From IMG/VR virus record IMGVR_UViG_3300037851_000102, positions 1 to 64,000 of that record: a stretch of DNA of 64,000 nucleotides; one strand, 5' to 3'. The notes beneath the pieces are model-generated. The model worked only from the letters and a program-made list of their open reading frames with translations, made no database searches and was not told where the DNA came from. Both the position numbers and the translations under genes were made by a program. The DNA comes from a virus. Position 1 is the stretch's first letter, and every line of letters starts with the position of its first letter. Shown one piece after another: positions 28,377-38,649 of this stretch.

Positions 28377-28580
28377 GTCATCTCGGAGATCACACCCGCA
28401 TCTCAGAGTTCTACGCGAAAGCGTGTGAGCATAGCCATGCGGGAGTAGAGATCGCTGGCGGAATAGATCTCCAAACCGATCCAGCCCTCGGCTGCATGAG
28501 AGTACAATCAGGATGGCCTTATCCGATTGGATGCAGTTAAACAGGTATAATTAGGCTCCCCTAAAAACGGAGCCTTTTTA
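28377..28580 (+). ncRNA. candidate structured ncRNA (about 200 nt)
   Basis: TTGCGC-18-CATATT promoter; several helices including a GAAA tetraloop; terminator AGGCTCC/GGAGCCT plus T-run. Confidence 0.5.
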
Positions 28581-28698
28581 TTTCGCCCCTTCCCGCCGCA
28601 AGTCGCTAAACACGGCTTGCGTTTTTCTTTTGACATAATTTCAAAGCCTGTAATACAACTGCCTACACTGAATTTAGAAATAGTGTGGGGACAGCATT

Positions 28699-29085
28699 TT
28701 GGAAGTAATAAAAATTCATCCAGAGCTTCAGAAGAGAAGCAATCACGATATCAATTTTGAAGGACAGATTTTGCGCTTCGATCTTGAGCCATGCTCAAAC
28801 GGAGTGGTCGGTGTTTATTACACAGAGATCCCTCTTAAAGAGGTTTTGAAGAAAAAAGGTGTTCCAGAATTTCTTCTTGATCGCGCAGATGGAATTGAAG
28901 ATCGCACTCATAAAGAAGTTGTTGTGAGAGATCACATTCATCGTAAATGGCATCACAAATTATTTGGAATTTCTATTGAACGATTAGTGCTTCGATGGAT
29001 TCGCAAACAGAAAGAAGAGTTTGCGGAGATTGAAGCGAGATCCAAGGCCACAGGAATTATCAAAAAACTTATCGAAGGAGAATGA
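28699..29085 (+). CDS. hypothetical protein
   Basis: GGGGACAGC leader before the TTG start. Confidence 0.6.
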   Translation: MEVIKIHPELQKRSNHDINFEGQILRFDLEPCSNGVVGVYYTEIPLKEVLKKKGVPEFLLDRADGIEDRTHKEVVVRDHIHRKWHHKLFGISIERLVLRWIRKQKEEFAEIEARSKATGIIKKLIEGE

Positions 29086-29088
29086 GAA

Positions 29089-29367
29089 GTGAATTTACAG
29101 CAAATGGTCGAACAGGTTTCTCAGAGGGCAAAGGCAAAACCAGCATACGTTGAAATCATCTTGAAAGAATCAATCAATGTGATGAAGCAGGCAATTAAAG
29201 AAGGCGAAGCAGTGAAACTTTACGAGCTTGGGACTTTGCAAAAGAAAAGATCCAAGGCGAAGAACGCAAGGAATCCAAGAACGGGTAAATCCATCAAGGT
29301 TCCACCTTCGTACAGAGTGAAGTTTCAAGTTTCACGAAAGTTCAAAGAGCTAATCAATGCGGGTTAA
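29089..29367 (+). CDS. hup: HU/IHF-family DNA-binding protein
   Basis: LGTL....KAKNARNPRTGKSIKVP..RVKF.VSRKFK. Confidence 0.9.
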   Translation: MNLQQMVEQVSQRAKAKPAYVEIILKESINVMKQAIKEGEAVKLYELGTLQKKRSKAKNARNPRTGKSIKVPPSYRVKFQVSRKFKELINAG

Positions 29368-29921
29368 AATCAGGCCATACGATTACAGTGGCAACGATGA
29401 AGATGCGAGCATCGATGAGCAACGCTCATACGGCTATCTTCCAAGGAAGGGTGATATGTTCACCTATGAGGACAAGAAAAGCCGCATTCTCACTGGAAGA
29501 GTTGATGATGTTCATTTTGATTATGCGAGAGAACAAGTAACGATCACAGTTGATCTTTCAGGAATGCACTGTGAGCAAGAAACGTAAAAGGAGAAAGCGC
29601 GTGGGCGATTGCAAGGATAATATGAAAACGACCGATCTGACCAAGAAGGATTCCAAGGATTCTGTGCTTGGCAAACTTCTTCCAAAGCGAAGGCGTGAAG
29701 AGCCAGAAGAGAAGGCGAAAACTTTCGCAGATCATGTCGTTGCGGCTGAGAACAAACTTTCTGAACTCATCGTTAAAAAAGAAGCCGAGCTTTCAACTGA
29801 AAAAGGCAGAGAAGAGTACAACAGAAAAGCTCTTTCATATTTAAAGTCGATGGCTTTTCACATTGATGAAATTTGCAATCTTGCATCTGAGTATTCTGAA
29901 CTAAAATAAGAGGGGAATAAA

Positions 29922-30389
29922 ATGCACAACGATAAAGGCTACAAACGCACACGCAGAGATCACGTTCCAGATGATTACGGCAACAGATACGAAGAGCCGC
30001 GCAGAGAAAGACCTGCACGAAGAGATGATGGTTTTACGATGGGTGAATTCTGGAGCGATGTGAAAGATCATCGTCGTGAGCGCAAAGAGTTTCACCAAAA
30101 GAATACAACACCAAAAGATCTTGATCTTTTAAAAACTCTTCCAAATGTGAACTACACGGTTGGGACAGACGGTTCAGGTGGAGAGAAATACACGATCAGT
30201 TTCACAACGGATCGCGGACAGCGTGAAGTGCATTGGTGGACTTCGACAGGTTTATGGAAGGCTTGCAATGGCCGTGGCGGATACGGCAAGGGCGAAGGTC
30301 GCGGGCTTTATTCAATGGCTCGCTACTTTCAGCTAATTAAGAGAGAGGGAGCAAATGGTGGAGATCAAAATAGACCTACAGTTGGTTAA
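29922..30389 (+). CDS. hypothetical protein
   Basis: RBS GAGGGG; 155 aa. Confidence 0.55.
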   Translation: MHNDKGYKRTRRDHVPDDYGNRYEEPRRERPARRDDGFTMGEFWSDVKDHRRERKEFHQKNTTPKDLDLLKTLPNVNYTVGTDGSGGEKYTISFTTDRGQREVHWWTSTGLWKACNGRGGYGKGEGRGLYSMARYFQLIKREGANGGDQNRPTVG

Positions 30390-30551
30390 GTTTTTGATCG
30401 TTTGCTTTTGTGTATGCGTGATCTCTCTCGCAGGAGTGGCGGCATTTTATATTTATCTCGATTACAAAAGAGACTCTGATCGAGTGAATACGGTGATTCA
30501 AATGAATGAAAAAGCTCTTGAACAACAGGAGCAAGCAAGCAGGAGAAAAAA

Positions 30552-30776
30552 ATGAGTGATGAAAATTTGTTTAAGTTTCATAAGTTGACAGAAGAAGGGC
30601 AGCAAAAGGCGCAGATGATTGCGACTGATTTTAGAACGCTTCTTCAACAGATCAAATGCCACGTCCCAGAGGGGCGAGAGCTTTCAATTGTGAAAACAAA
30701 ACTTGAAGAGGCTTGTTTCTTCGCGAAGAAGGGCATGGCAATTCACAATGTCGAGAAGCTGAATGAGCCGACGTGA
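30552..30776 (+). CDS. Acb2/Tad1-like anti-defence nucleotide-sponge protein
   Basis: P.GRELSIVKTKLEEACFFAKKGMA helical-hairpin motif. Confidence 0.65.
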   Translation: MSDENLFKFHKLTEEGQQKAQMIATDFRTLLQQIKCHVPEGRELSIVKTKLEEACFFAKKGMAIHNVEKLNEPT

Positions 30777-31065
30777 AGAAGAGTTTTACTGCGATAAGTC
30801 TGGCGGTGGATGCGGCAAGTATTTCAAGACTTGGCTTCGTGAATCTATGTTCGGCAATTACACAATGGAATGTCCGAATTGCGGCCATCATCACTTCCGA
30901 GTTATCAAAGAAGGACTGGTCACGGCAGATCGTCACAATGAAAGAATGGGCAAGGCAGAAATTATTCTCGCGCTCAAATCAACGATCAGAGATACGCCTT
31001 GGCATGATGATCCAGAATTCCGCAGAAGAAGTTTAAGAGTCTATAACGGTGGAGCAACAGCATGA
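30763..31065 (+). CDS. zinc-ribbon protein
   Basis: C......C and CPNCGHHH. Confidence 0.6.
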   Translation: MSRREEEFYCDKSGGGCGKYFKTWLRESMFGNYTMECPNCGHHHFRVIKEGLVTADRHNERMGKAEIILALKSTIRDTPWHDDPEFRRRSLRVYNGGATA

Positions 31066-31610
31066 ATTCAAACGCAATGAGAATCGAGTGGGACGAATCT
31101 TCATTGAAGGAGATCGAAGAAGCGAAAGATCTTTATCGCAAGGCCAAATCAGAAGGCCGTTTGATCGAAACGCTTGATGGACAGCCAGTGGAATCTTTCA
31201 GACCGTGGCTCAAAGGAATTGTGATCCGCGAAGTTCAACTTCAGCCAACAGAATTTGCTGTGCGAATCCTTGATGAGACTGGAGATCGCAGGCTGATCTG
31301 GAATGCGGCTGATCCAGAGCAAGTGAAAGAAGCCTCAGACATCTTCAAGAAATATCTGGAGAAGGGCTGGAAGGCGTACATGATCGATCATTCTGGCAAG
31401 CGTGGACGCAGAATCTATGGATTCGATTCTGAAACTCAGGAAGTTTTCTTCGATGAAAAATCGGCTCTTGAAAAGCTCACAAGTTTCGCCACAAAAATCA
31501 AAAGCGAAGCGCCAGCAAAGAAAACAGAAAAATCGAATTCAGCAAAGCTCGCTGATTTCGTAAAAACATTTAAGAATGTGGCTCTTCTGCCAAAGACGTA
31601 TCCTGGATGA
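31062..31610 (+). CDS. tandem-domain phage protein ending in PG (possible ubiquitin-like modifier)
   Basis: Two copies of a W...E..EA...K....G module; terminal LLPKTYPG. Confidence 0.55.
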   Translation: MNSNAMRIEWDESSLKEIEEAKDLYRKAKSEGRLIETLDGQPVESFRPWLKGIVIREVQLQPTEFAVRILDETGDRRLIWNAADPEQVKEASDIFKKYLEKGWKAYMIDHSGKRGRRIYGFDSETQEVFFDEKSALEKLTSFATKIKSEAPAKKTEKSNSAKLADFVKTFKNVALLPKTYPG

Positions 31611-31807
31611 TTAAGTGGATGGGCGTTCAACAGATTGCCGTTCATCTTGGCGTGAGCAAGGAGAGCGTTTACAGATGGCTGGAAGCCAAAAAGATTCCAG
31701 CGCACAGAGTTGGCAAATTATGGAAGTTCGATCCAGTTGAGGTCGATCAAGCGGTTATGAAGGGAGATTTAAAATGGTCGCAGCGCCAGCGCAAAACTTC
31801 GACGTAG
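31607..31807 (+). CDS. excisionase-like helix-turn-helix protein
   Basis: QIAVHLGVSKESVYRWL...KIPAHRVGKLWKF. Confidence 0.85.
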   Translation: MIKWMGVQQIAVHLGVSKESVYRWLEAKKIPAHRVGKLWKFDPVEVDQAVMKGDLKWSQRQRKTST

Positions 31808-32817
31808 AAGTTCAGCCAGAAATAACAAGCTATGGCAACGGCATCGTTGGCGCAAAGTTGGGAGAGAAATCTCTTTACGTTTCTCCAAAGCCAGCCACGA
31901 TCCAAATCACAAAGCCAACAGAAGCGACATGGTTTTCGGCTGATTCTCTTCCATCGATTACAGAGGCGACGACTGATTACGTTCGCACAGATCGCGTTTA
32001 CACCTATCGAACAAACTTCGCACAAGGCGCGGCCACAACAGCGGCGACCAATTGGAATTTAAACATCGTTCGAGACAATTTCGCTCGAACAATTTCGACA
32101 GATTATGGAATTAGCTATGGAGACGCAACGACGACCATTTCAGGTGATTCGATATCTGTGGGCACATGGGGGACAAGTGCAGGGACAACAAACGAATACA
32201 GAATCTACGTTACAGCCACGGACGCTACCACGTTCACGATCTCAGGATCTTCAATCGTTAGTGGGGCAATCGATCTTGCCGATTCGATCAAAGAGATTAT
32301 CAGATCGAATCTCCTCATTAAAACAGGAAGAAGCCGATCTCATCTTCCTACACAAGTTTCAGGACAAGAACTTAAAGCAAGAGATACTCTCAGAGATATG
32401 CTTACTGAAGCAGAGTGGAGAAGATACGTTACGAATGGATTCATCATGGTCAAAGGAAGAGCAGGATTTACTTCTCCGAAGTTTGGCGTTGGGATCTCTC
32501 AAAAGATGTCAGGAAGTTCTCTCTGGTATCAGATCTTCAATGATCGCAGAAGAGTCAAAGTCTTCCAAGACGGCAAAGAGTTCGCGCAAATCTGCATCCA
32601 TACGGTAAACGAGTGCCCGCCTTCAGATCACGTTATCAACATGAAGGTTCTCGTTGAGCTTGATGAGGATATGATCTGGCAGGGCGGCAATCCTCACTTC
32701 CAAAACGATCTGAGTGCGTCTCTCTCATCTGGCAGTCTTTCGTTTGATTCTGGAGAGGGTTCTCTTTCAGAGCGCGTGAAAAGATTGCGTGAGAATTTTG
32801 GGTTGGCGATAGCATGA
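31774..32817 (+). CDS. Thr-rich N-terminus plus conserved C-terminal domain (CIH..PPSD)
   Basis: KARDTLRDML...GFIMVKG...YQI...CIH...PPSD...DE motif. Confidence 0.6.
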   Translation: MVAAPAQNFDVEVQPEITSYGNGIVGAKLGEKSLYVSPKPATIQITKPTEATWFSADSLPSITEATTDYVRTDRVYTYRTNFAQGAATTAATNWNLNIVRDNFARTISTDYGISYGDATTTISGDSISVGTWGTSAGTTNEYRIYVTATDATTFTISGSSIVSGAIDLADSIKEIIRSNLLIKTGRSRSHLPTQVSGQELKARDTLRDMLTEAEWRRYVTNGFIMVKGRAGFTSPKFGVGISQKMSGSSLWYQIFNDRRRVKVFQDGKEFAQICIHTVNECPPSDHVINMKVLVELDEDMIWQGGNPHFQNDLSASLSSGSLSFDSGEGSLSERVKRLRENFGLAIA

Positions 32818-33155
32818 TGTCAGATGAAATCCATTTGCCGCCAGAGGTTCTCAAAGATTTTGAGGACATGATTGGCAGGGTCACTGCCGACACATACGTT
32901 GTCACCAAAATGGATCGTGTTAAATCCAGATTCCCAAAGGCTCTCGGCGAAATTAAAGAGGGCACGGTTCTTTATATGTTGGTCGAAGCCCTTGTGACCG
33001 AGATGGTGGAATCTGAGCGTGAATTTGTTAAAGAATTCGAGAAGTTCATAAAGCCATTGCCACAGAAGTTGGTTGATTCGATCTCGAAGCATCTCAAAGA
33101 AAAATCAGTTGAAGAGAAGGCAGAATTCGTCAAGGCGCTTGAAGCTCTCCGATAA
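32814..33155 (+). CDS. hypothetical protein with C-terminal tag (FVKALEALR)
   Basis: Coupled ORF; terminal motif. Confidence 0.6.
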   Translation: MMSDEIHLPPEVLKDFEDMIGRVTADTYVVTKMDRVKSRFPKALGEIKEGTVLYMLVEALVTEMVESEREFVKEFEKFIKPLPQKLVDSISKHLKEKSVEEKAEFVKALEALR

Positions 33156-33185
33156 GATAGGCTTGAAACCTATTAAGGAGAACAA

Positions 33186-34082
33186 ATGGACAAGCAGAAG
33201 TTATACACCCTGCGCTGGTATGCAATGCAAATTGCACGGGTCTCTCAAGATCCAAAGGTTGATGCCCTCGCATTAGATCAAATCGAAATTCTTTCTCAGC
33301 TTTTGGGCGAACCTGTGCCCGAAGAGTTCGCACCGCCTGAGCCAGATCGACCAAGCAAAGGCGAAGAGCCACAGGAGTCTTCATCAAAAAAGGTCTATCC
33401 AGTTGGTGAGAAAAAATTGTGGTATCCAGAGGCGGTTGTTCGCACAGATATCAAGCGCCAAGCGAAGGGCGAATATCCAAAGGGCTATCCTTATGGAGCC
33501 ATTGTCCACTTCACGGCTGGTCAGTATTCAAAAGGCGTTCAGAATGCGATTGATTCGATCAAGGATTCTCCATATTTCTTTTTGTGCCTTGGGACAGATG
33601 GGAAGATGGTTCAGGCCAATCCTTTGAATCAGTGGGGTTATCACGCTGGAGAGAGCGCGTGGGAGATCGCTGGAGCCAAGCGAAACGGCGTATCCAACTA
33701 TCTTGTTGGAATTGAGATCAACAATCCTGGAAGGCTGACAGAAAAAGACGGGAAGTATTTCACTTATTGGGACACGAAGTTCACCAAGCCAATCGATCCA
33801 AGCGAAGTTCGCGTGATTGAAAAGAACACGGACAACATTTTGGCTGGAGCTTATTTGCCATACACGAAGGCACAGGAAGATTCTCTGATCGAATTCTTGT
33901 TGTGGGCGAAGGCGAACAATCCAAGTGTTTTCAGTTTCGATTATGTTCTTGGTCACGATGAAGTGGCAGGCCCGAAAGGTATCGGTCGCTGGAGAAAGAA
34001 CGATCCAGGCGGCGCACTCAGCATGACGATGACGGAATTTAGGCAGCTTTTGAAAGATGAATACAAAAAAAGATACGGATAA
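33186..34082 (+). CDS. N-acetylmuramoyl-L-alanine amidase (endolysin, Amidase_2)
   Basis: IVHFTAG, YHAGES, GIEINN, GHDEV...RKNDPG. Confidence 0.88.
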   Translation: MDKQKLYTLRWYAMQIARVSQDPKVDALALDQIEILSQLLGEPVPEEFAPPEPDRPSKGEEPQESSSKKVYPVGEKKLWYPEAVVRTDIKRQAKGEYPKGYPYGAIVHFTAGQYSKGVQNAIDSIKDSPYFFLCLGTDGKMVQANPLNQWGYHAGESAWEIAGAKRNGVSNYLVGIEINNPGRLTEKDGKYFTYWDTKFTKPIDPSEVRVIEKNTDNILAGAYLPYTKAQEDSLIEFLLWAKANNPSVFSFDYVLGHDEVAGPKGIGRWRKNDPGGALSMTMTEFRQLLKDEYKKRYG

Positions 34083-34100
34083 TTCACTTTTTTTGGCTTC

Positions 34101-34136
34101 GCTGACATTTGTGTTGCGTCAATTCGTATAATCTAA
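34101..34136 (+). promoter_or_regulatory. 36-bp duplicated promoter, copy A
   Basis: GCTGACATTTGTGTTGCGTCAATTCGTATAATCTAA identical to 38612-38647; TATAAT lies 6 nt before the ATG. Confidence 0.75.
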
Positions 34137-34138
34137 GT

Positions 34139-34741
34139 ATGTGGATAGTAGTTTGTGGCCCGACTGGTTCGGGCAAGCATTTTGTGGTTGAGGCTCTTCA
34201 GAAGGAAGGATACGAGTTCTTAAATGAGCCCGTTGTCCCCGATCCTGCGGAGCCTCTTGAAACCGAAATCAAGTTCATGCTCAGTCGAGCAAAAACCCAA
34301 ATACAGGCATCAAAAGTTCGCAATCGCAAAGATGTGATTACAATGCGGACTTTCTTTGAATCGCGGGACATTTACATTCCACGATCTCATGAGTTGACCT
34401 ATCTGAACGAAAAAGACATGAAGCTCTTGAATCTCATGTCTGGAGTTTTTGCTGACGATGTTTTCGATCCACCGCACGTTCTAATCACGATGAAGACTCC
34501 AATGTGGAGCGCACTTGATCGTGCAAAGCTGCGTGGAATTCCGTTGAGCGATCAAGAATTCAAATATCAAGAAGCCGCATACAACAAGTGGCTTGAGAAT
34601 GTGAGAGTTCCAATCGTCGAGATCGACGCTTCAAAACGCGCAGATCTTATTCTTAAAGATATTGAATTTAACATTGCATCCATCAAAGCCGCAGAGCTTG
34701 GCGGAAGCTCTGTTTGGCAAAAAACATTTTTCAGGGGTTAA
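34139..34741 (+). CDS. P-loop nucleoside/nucleotide kinase-like protein
   Basis: IVVCGPTGSGK, EPV, R...RG lid-like motif, IDAS. Confidence 0.7.
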   Translation: MWIVVCGPTGSGKHFVVEALQKEGYEFLNEPVVPDPAEPLETEIKFMLSRAKTQIQASKVRNRKDVITMRTFFESRDIYIPRSHELTYLNEKDMKLLNLMSGVFADDVFDPPHVLITMKTPMWSALDRAKLRGIPLSDQEFKYQEAAYNKWLENVRVPIVEIDASKRADLILKDIEFNIASIKAAELGGSSVWQKTFFRG

Positions 34742-35209
34742 TATATGTTTGGTTTTGCATGGAACACCAAGAAGGTGAAAACGATTGTCTCCTCTCCAGA
34801 GGGGCGAGTTCAAGTTGAAGTCACGGCTGGCGACGTTGTTCGTACTCCAAATCGGCATCAAATAGAAACAATCATCTCTTCACTCTGTACTTGTGTTTCA
34901 GAGCTTATGAGCATTCAAGAAGCGCAAGCAAAGAGGATCGCAGATCTTCAGGGGCAGCTTGCGAAAAAAGAAGAGGGGACAACGAATGAGGCAGTACAAA
35001 TTTAGATTCGATTATTCGAGAAAAATCAGCGATGAGCTAATCATCAAGGCAGAGAACGAAGATCAGGCGTGGGACAATTTTAAAATTCTCACAGAGAAGA
35101 CTCATCCAAATCATCATTTCACAATTGAAGTTGAAGACGTGGAAGATCTTGGTGAAATCGTTGAGCCAGATCCAAATCAATTGACGTTTGATTTCATACA
35201 GGCGGCACA

Positions 35210-35407
35210 ATGAAGGACTGCTCGAATTGCGGAGAAGAAATTCCAGAGAAGCGCGTGAAGGCAATGCCCAACACGGAGCTTTGTGTTTTCTGCCAAGAGA
35301 AACTTGAGAAGGCTGGCAAATTTCAAAGACACGTTATGGATGTTCAGCCAGTTATGAAGGCGGGAGAAGTCGATGAAATAAATTCGACAATAGTGAGGGC
35401 AAATTGA
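35210..35407 (+). CDS. DksA/TraR C4 zinc-finger protein
   Basis: CSNCGEEIPEKR.KAMP.TELCVFCQ. Confidence 0.85.
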   Translation: MKDCSNCGEEIPEKRVKAMPNTELCVFCQEKLEKAGKFQRHVMDVQPVMKAGEVDEINSTIVRAN

Positions 35408-38400
35408 AATTTACACATCTGCACAGTCACACAGAGGCATCCATCGCAGACGGCTTATTCGGCCCGAAGGCGTGGGTTGGCGCTCTCAAAGATAAAGGAT
35501 TCAAATCACACGCGATCACAGATCATGGAGTGATGACTTCTTTGCTTCCATTTTATTCTCTCATGAAGCAAGAGAAGATGATGCCAATTCTCGGCGTGGA
35601 ATTCTATTACAATGAAGATCCAACGAAGAAGGATAAAGACAACAGAAAGAATTCGCATCTGATTCTGCTTGCGAAAGATTATGATGGTTATCAAAATCTC
35701 TGCAAATTATCGAAGCTCTCTTTCACAGAGGGTTATTACTACAAAAACAGAATTGGACTTGAGTGGCTGAAGCAATACAAGGATGGACTCATCTGTTTAA
35801 CGGCTTGTATGGGCGGAGTTCTTTCGCAGGAAGTTTGGAAGGAGTCTCGCGGAGAAGATTCGGATCTTGAAGGAAGATTCGATCAGTTCTCAGAAATCTT
35901 TGGCGACGATTTTTACGTCGAATTCCAAGGCCACAATGTTATTTCAAGCCTTCCAAGCGGAGAGTTATTCAATTCGCAGGCGCTAATCAATCAGGAATTT
36001 TACGATAGGCTTCGTACACGCAAGGGCTTCAAGCAAGTTGTCACCAACGATTGCCATTATATTTTGCCCGAACACGCCATGATCCAAGCAACACTTAAAG
36101 ATATGTCTTGGAAGGGCGGAGCGAAAGATGGCGCTGGAGACTCTGCAACAGTATCAAAAGAATCGAAGTGTGATTCTCTTTGGCTCAAAAAGCCAATCGA
36201 TATTGCGAAATCATTCAAGGAGCATCACGAATATCTGCCAATGAAGTTCGTTGCGGATGGAATGCTTGCGACTCAAGAAATACTTGAGAAGTGTTCAAAG
36301 TTCGCGCTCCCAACAGGCAAGCGGTATCTTCCAACTTTTAAAAAAGACAAGCCATCGAAAGATCTTTTCAAATTGCTGGCAACAAAGAAGCTGAAATCAT
36401 TTTTAGATTCTGAAGATCTTCGCGCCACTCGAAAAGAGTACATCTCTCGCTTCAAAGAAGAGTACAGGGTTATATCCACTTATGGTCTTGAAGATTATTT
36501 CTTGATCGTGTGGGACATCGTTCGTTACGCGGAGACCAAGGGAATCTATGTGGGACTTGGCCGTGGCTCTGCGGCTGGATGCTTGATCTCGTATCTTCTT
36601 GGAATCGTAAAGATCGATCCACTTGAATATGGATTATTGTTCGAGCGTTTCTTGAATGAGAATCGATGCGTGTCTGGAGAGCTTCCAGATATTGACTTGG
36701 ACTTTGAATCTGATCGACGTGGCGAAATCAAAAAGTACATCTTTGAAAAGTACGGTTCAGATTACGTTTGCGAAATTGGAACTTATGGTCGCATGAAGCT
36801 CAAAACATCTTTGATCGACTTTGGTAAAGCACTTGGCGTGGCAACGCAGAAGGAGCTTCATGCGATCACCACAAATCTCGATCTCGACAAGGAAGATGTT
36901 GACGATCTCGATGCGGCCATTGAATCCGATCCAAGATTGAAGAAGCTGGTTGATTCCAGCGAAGAGTATGGATTTATTGTTCGCGAAATCATTGGACAGA
37001 TCAAATCTCAAGGAGTTCATCCTGCGGGACTTGTAATTTGCTCTGAGAAGATTGCAGACATTACGCCAGTAAAAACACAGAAGAAAACTTTAAAGACCGA
37101 AGAGCGTGTGGATGGTGAGCCGAAGGACAAGCGAATCATCACAACGCAATCAGAAGACAAGTACATTATCGCCAATGGCATGATGAAGATGGATATCTTG
37201 GGTCTTAAAGAATACGACGTTATCAAATATGTGATTGAGAACGCTGGCACTCCTTTCACATTTGAAAACTACAAACAAGAGATCCAAAAACAAGAAAGAA
37301 TTAAGCCAAACAAAAAGGTTTGGCAAATGTTCCAAAAAGGTAAAACAGAAGGCGTGTTTCAGTTCGCATCTGACGGCATGAAGGAGCTTCTCATTCAGAT
37401 GAGACCTGATTCAATCAATGATTTAATCGCGGCGAATGCTCTCTTCCGTCCTGGCTGTCTTGAGAACGGCTGGCACACGCAGTATTGCAGGAGAAAGCAT
37501 GGAGAAGAAGAAGTCGAATATGTTCACCCAGATGTTGAGGCAGCGTTGGGAGAAACTTATGGTGTCATTGTTTATCAAGAACAGTTCATGGCGGTCATTC
37601 ATAGATTGGGTGGAATCAGTCTCGTCGATTCGGATACGATACGTTCCGCACTCGGCAAGAAGGACAAGGCAAAGCTGGACAAGTTCAGAGAGCAATTCGT
37701 TAAAGGTGCCAGTGAAAGAATTGGTACAAGCGCAGCGGAAGGATTATGGTCACAGATCGAGAAGGCGGCAGGATATACGTTCAACAAATCGCACTCAGCG
37801 GCCTACTCAGTCCTCGCATACACATCACAGTATTTAAAGGTTCATTACCCTGCGCACTTTTGGGCAGCACAGCTTGATTGGGACATCCGCAAGGGCAAGA
37901 CCGACGATATGCTCGTCAACAGGCGGGCAGCTTCAGAAATGGGGATAGCTTTTGTCCTGCCCAACGTGAACCGATCCAAAACCAACTTCTACGTCGAAGA
38001 TAAGGATGTTGTTTGGCCGATCAGCGCGGTCAAAGGTTGTGGCCCGAAAGCGGCGGAAGAGATCGTTGCAAAACAGCCATTCACAAGTTTTGAGGACTTC
38101 CATAAGCGGATAAACAAGGCCAAGGTGAAAGTGAATGTTATTGAGGCTTTGATCTGCTCTGGAGCGATGGACGAGTTTGGCGACCGCAAAGACCTGCTTA
38201 AACAGCTATCAGATCACGGCAAGAAGCGTTTCAAACCATTAACAGACGACGACATCGTTCAGCGGTTCTTTGATTCAATGGGCTTCTTTGAGCGCAAAAT
38301 CAAGGACGTTCGAGAAACTTTCAGCGATGTTTGCATCACTGAAGCAGAATTGCGTGAATATGAGCCTGGAGAACACGTCAGGGTCGGCGGCATGATCGTG

Positions 38401-38616
38401 AACGTCAGAGCCACAAAAACCAAGCGCGGCGATGCGATGGGGTTTGCGACTCTTATGGATCTCGATGAAATGATCGATCTTACTTTCTTCCCTGAAACAT
38501 GGGCAGAAAACAGAGAATTGATACGAGATGGCTCAATCGTTGAGGTTGGCGGCAGAAAATCATCATGGGGGAACAAAGAAAATGCGATTGAAGTCGAAAA
38601 AATTCACTCATGCTGA
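35404..38616 (+). CDS. dnaE: DNA polymerase III alpha subunit
   Basis: PHP HLHSHT..S..DG, GRGSAAG, PDIDLDF, HPAG, KMDILGL, FNKSHSAAY, C-terminal OB fold. Confidence 0.95.
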   Translation: MKFTHLHSHTEASIADGLFGPKAWVGALKDKGFKSHAITDHGVMTSLLPFYSLMKQEKMMPILGVEFYYNEDPTKKDKDNRKNSHLILLAKDYDGYQNLCKLSKLSFTEGYYYKNRIGLEWLKQYKDGLICLTACMGGVLSQEVWKESRGEDSDLEGRFDQFSEIFGDDFYVEFQGHNVISSLPSGELFNSQALINQEFYDRLRTRKGFKQVVTNDCHYILPEHAMIQATLKDMSWKGGAKDGAGDSATVSKESKCDSLWLKKPIDIAKSFKEHHEYLPMKFVADGMLATQEILEKCSKFALPTGKRYLPTFKKDKPSKDLFKLLATKKLKSFLDSEDLRATRKEYISRFKEEYRVISTYGLEDYFLIVWDIVRYAETKGIYVGLGRGSAAGCLISYLLGIVKIDPLEYGLLFERFLNENRCVSGELPDIDLDFESDRRGEIKKYIFEKYGSDYVCEIGTYGRMKLKTSLIDFGKALGVATQKELHAITTNLDLDKEDVDDLDAAIESDPRLKKLVDSSEEYGFIVREIIGQIKSQGVHPAGLVICSEKIADITPVKTQKKTLKTEERVDGEPKDKRIITTQSEDKYIIANGMMKMDILGLKEYDVIKYVIENAGTPFTFENYKQEIQKQERIKPNKKVWQMFQKGKTEGVFQFASDGMKELLIQMRPDSINDLIAANALFRPGCLENGWHTQYCRRKHGEEEVEYVHPDVEAALGETYGVIVYQEQFMAVIHRLGGISLVDSDTIRSALGKKDKAKLDKFREQFVKGASERIGTSAAEGLWSQIEKAAGYTFNKSHSAAYSVLAYTSQYLKVHYPAHFWAAQLDWDIRKGKTDDMLVNRRAASEMGIAFVLPNVNRSKTNFYVEDKDVVWPISAVKGCGPKAAEEIVAKQPFTSFEDFHKRINKAKVKVNVIEALICSGAMDEFGDRKDLLKQLSDHGKKRFKPLTDDDIVQRFFDSMGFFERKIKDVRETFSDVCITEAELREYEPGEHVRVGGMIVNVRATKTKRGDAMGFATLMDLDEMIDLTFFPETWAENRELIRDGSIVEVGGRKSSWGNKENAIEVEKIHSC

Positions 38617-38647
38617 CATTTGTGTTGCGTCAATTCGTATAATCTAA
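38612..38647 (+). promoter_or_regulatory. 36-bp duplicated promoter, copy B
   Basis: Identical to 34101-34136; TATAAT lies 6 nt before ATG 38650. Confidence 0.75.
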
Positions 38648-38649
38648 AT

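Noticed and set aside
28385-28445. c-di-GMP-I riboswitch
   Set aside because: Has a GAAA-capped hairpin but lacks the conserved GCAAA/CGCAAA junctions
31607-31807. Evidence of an integrated prophage
   Set aside because: Xis-like HTH only; no integrase, att site or flanking host genes in the window
35404-38616. Intein or intron in dnaE, recA or terL
   Set aside because: Lengths and motif spacing are normal; no splice-junction motifs seen
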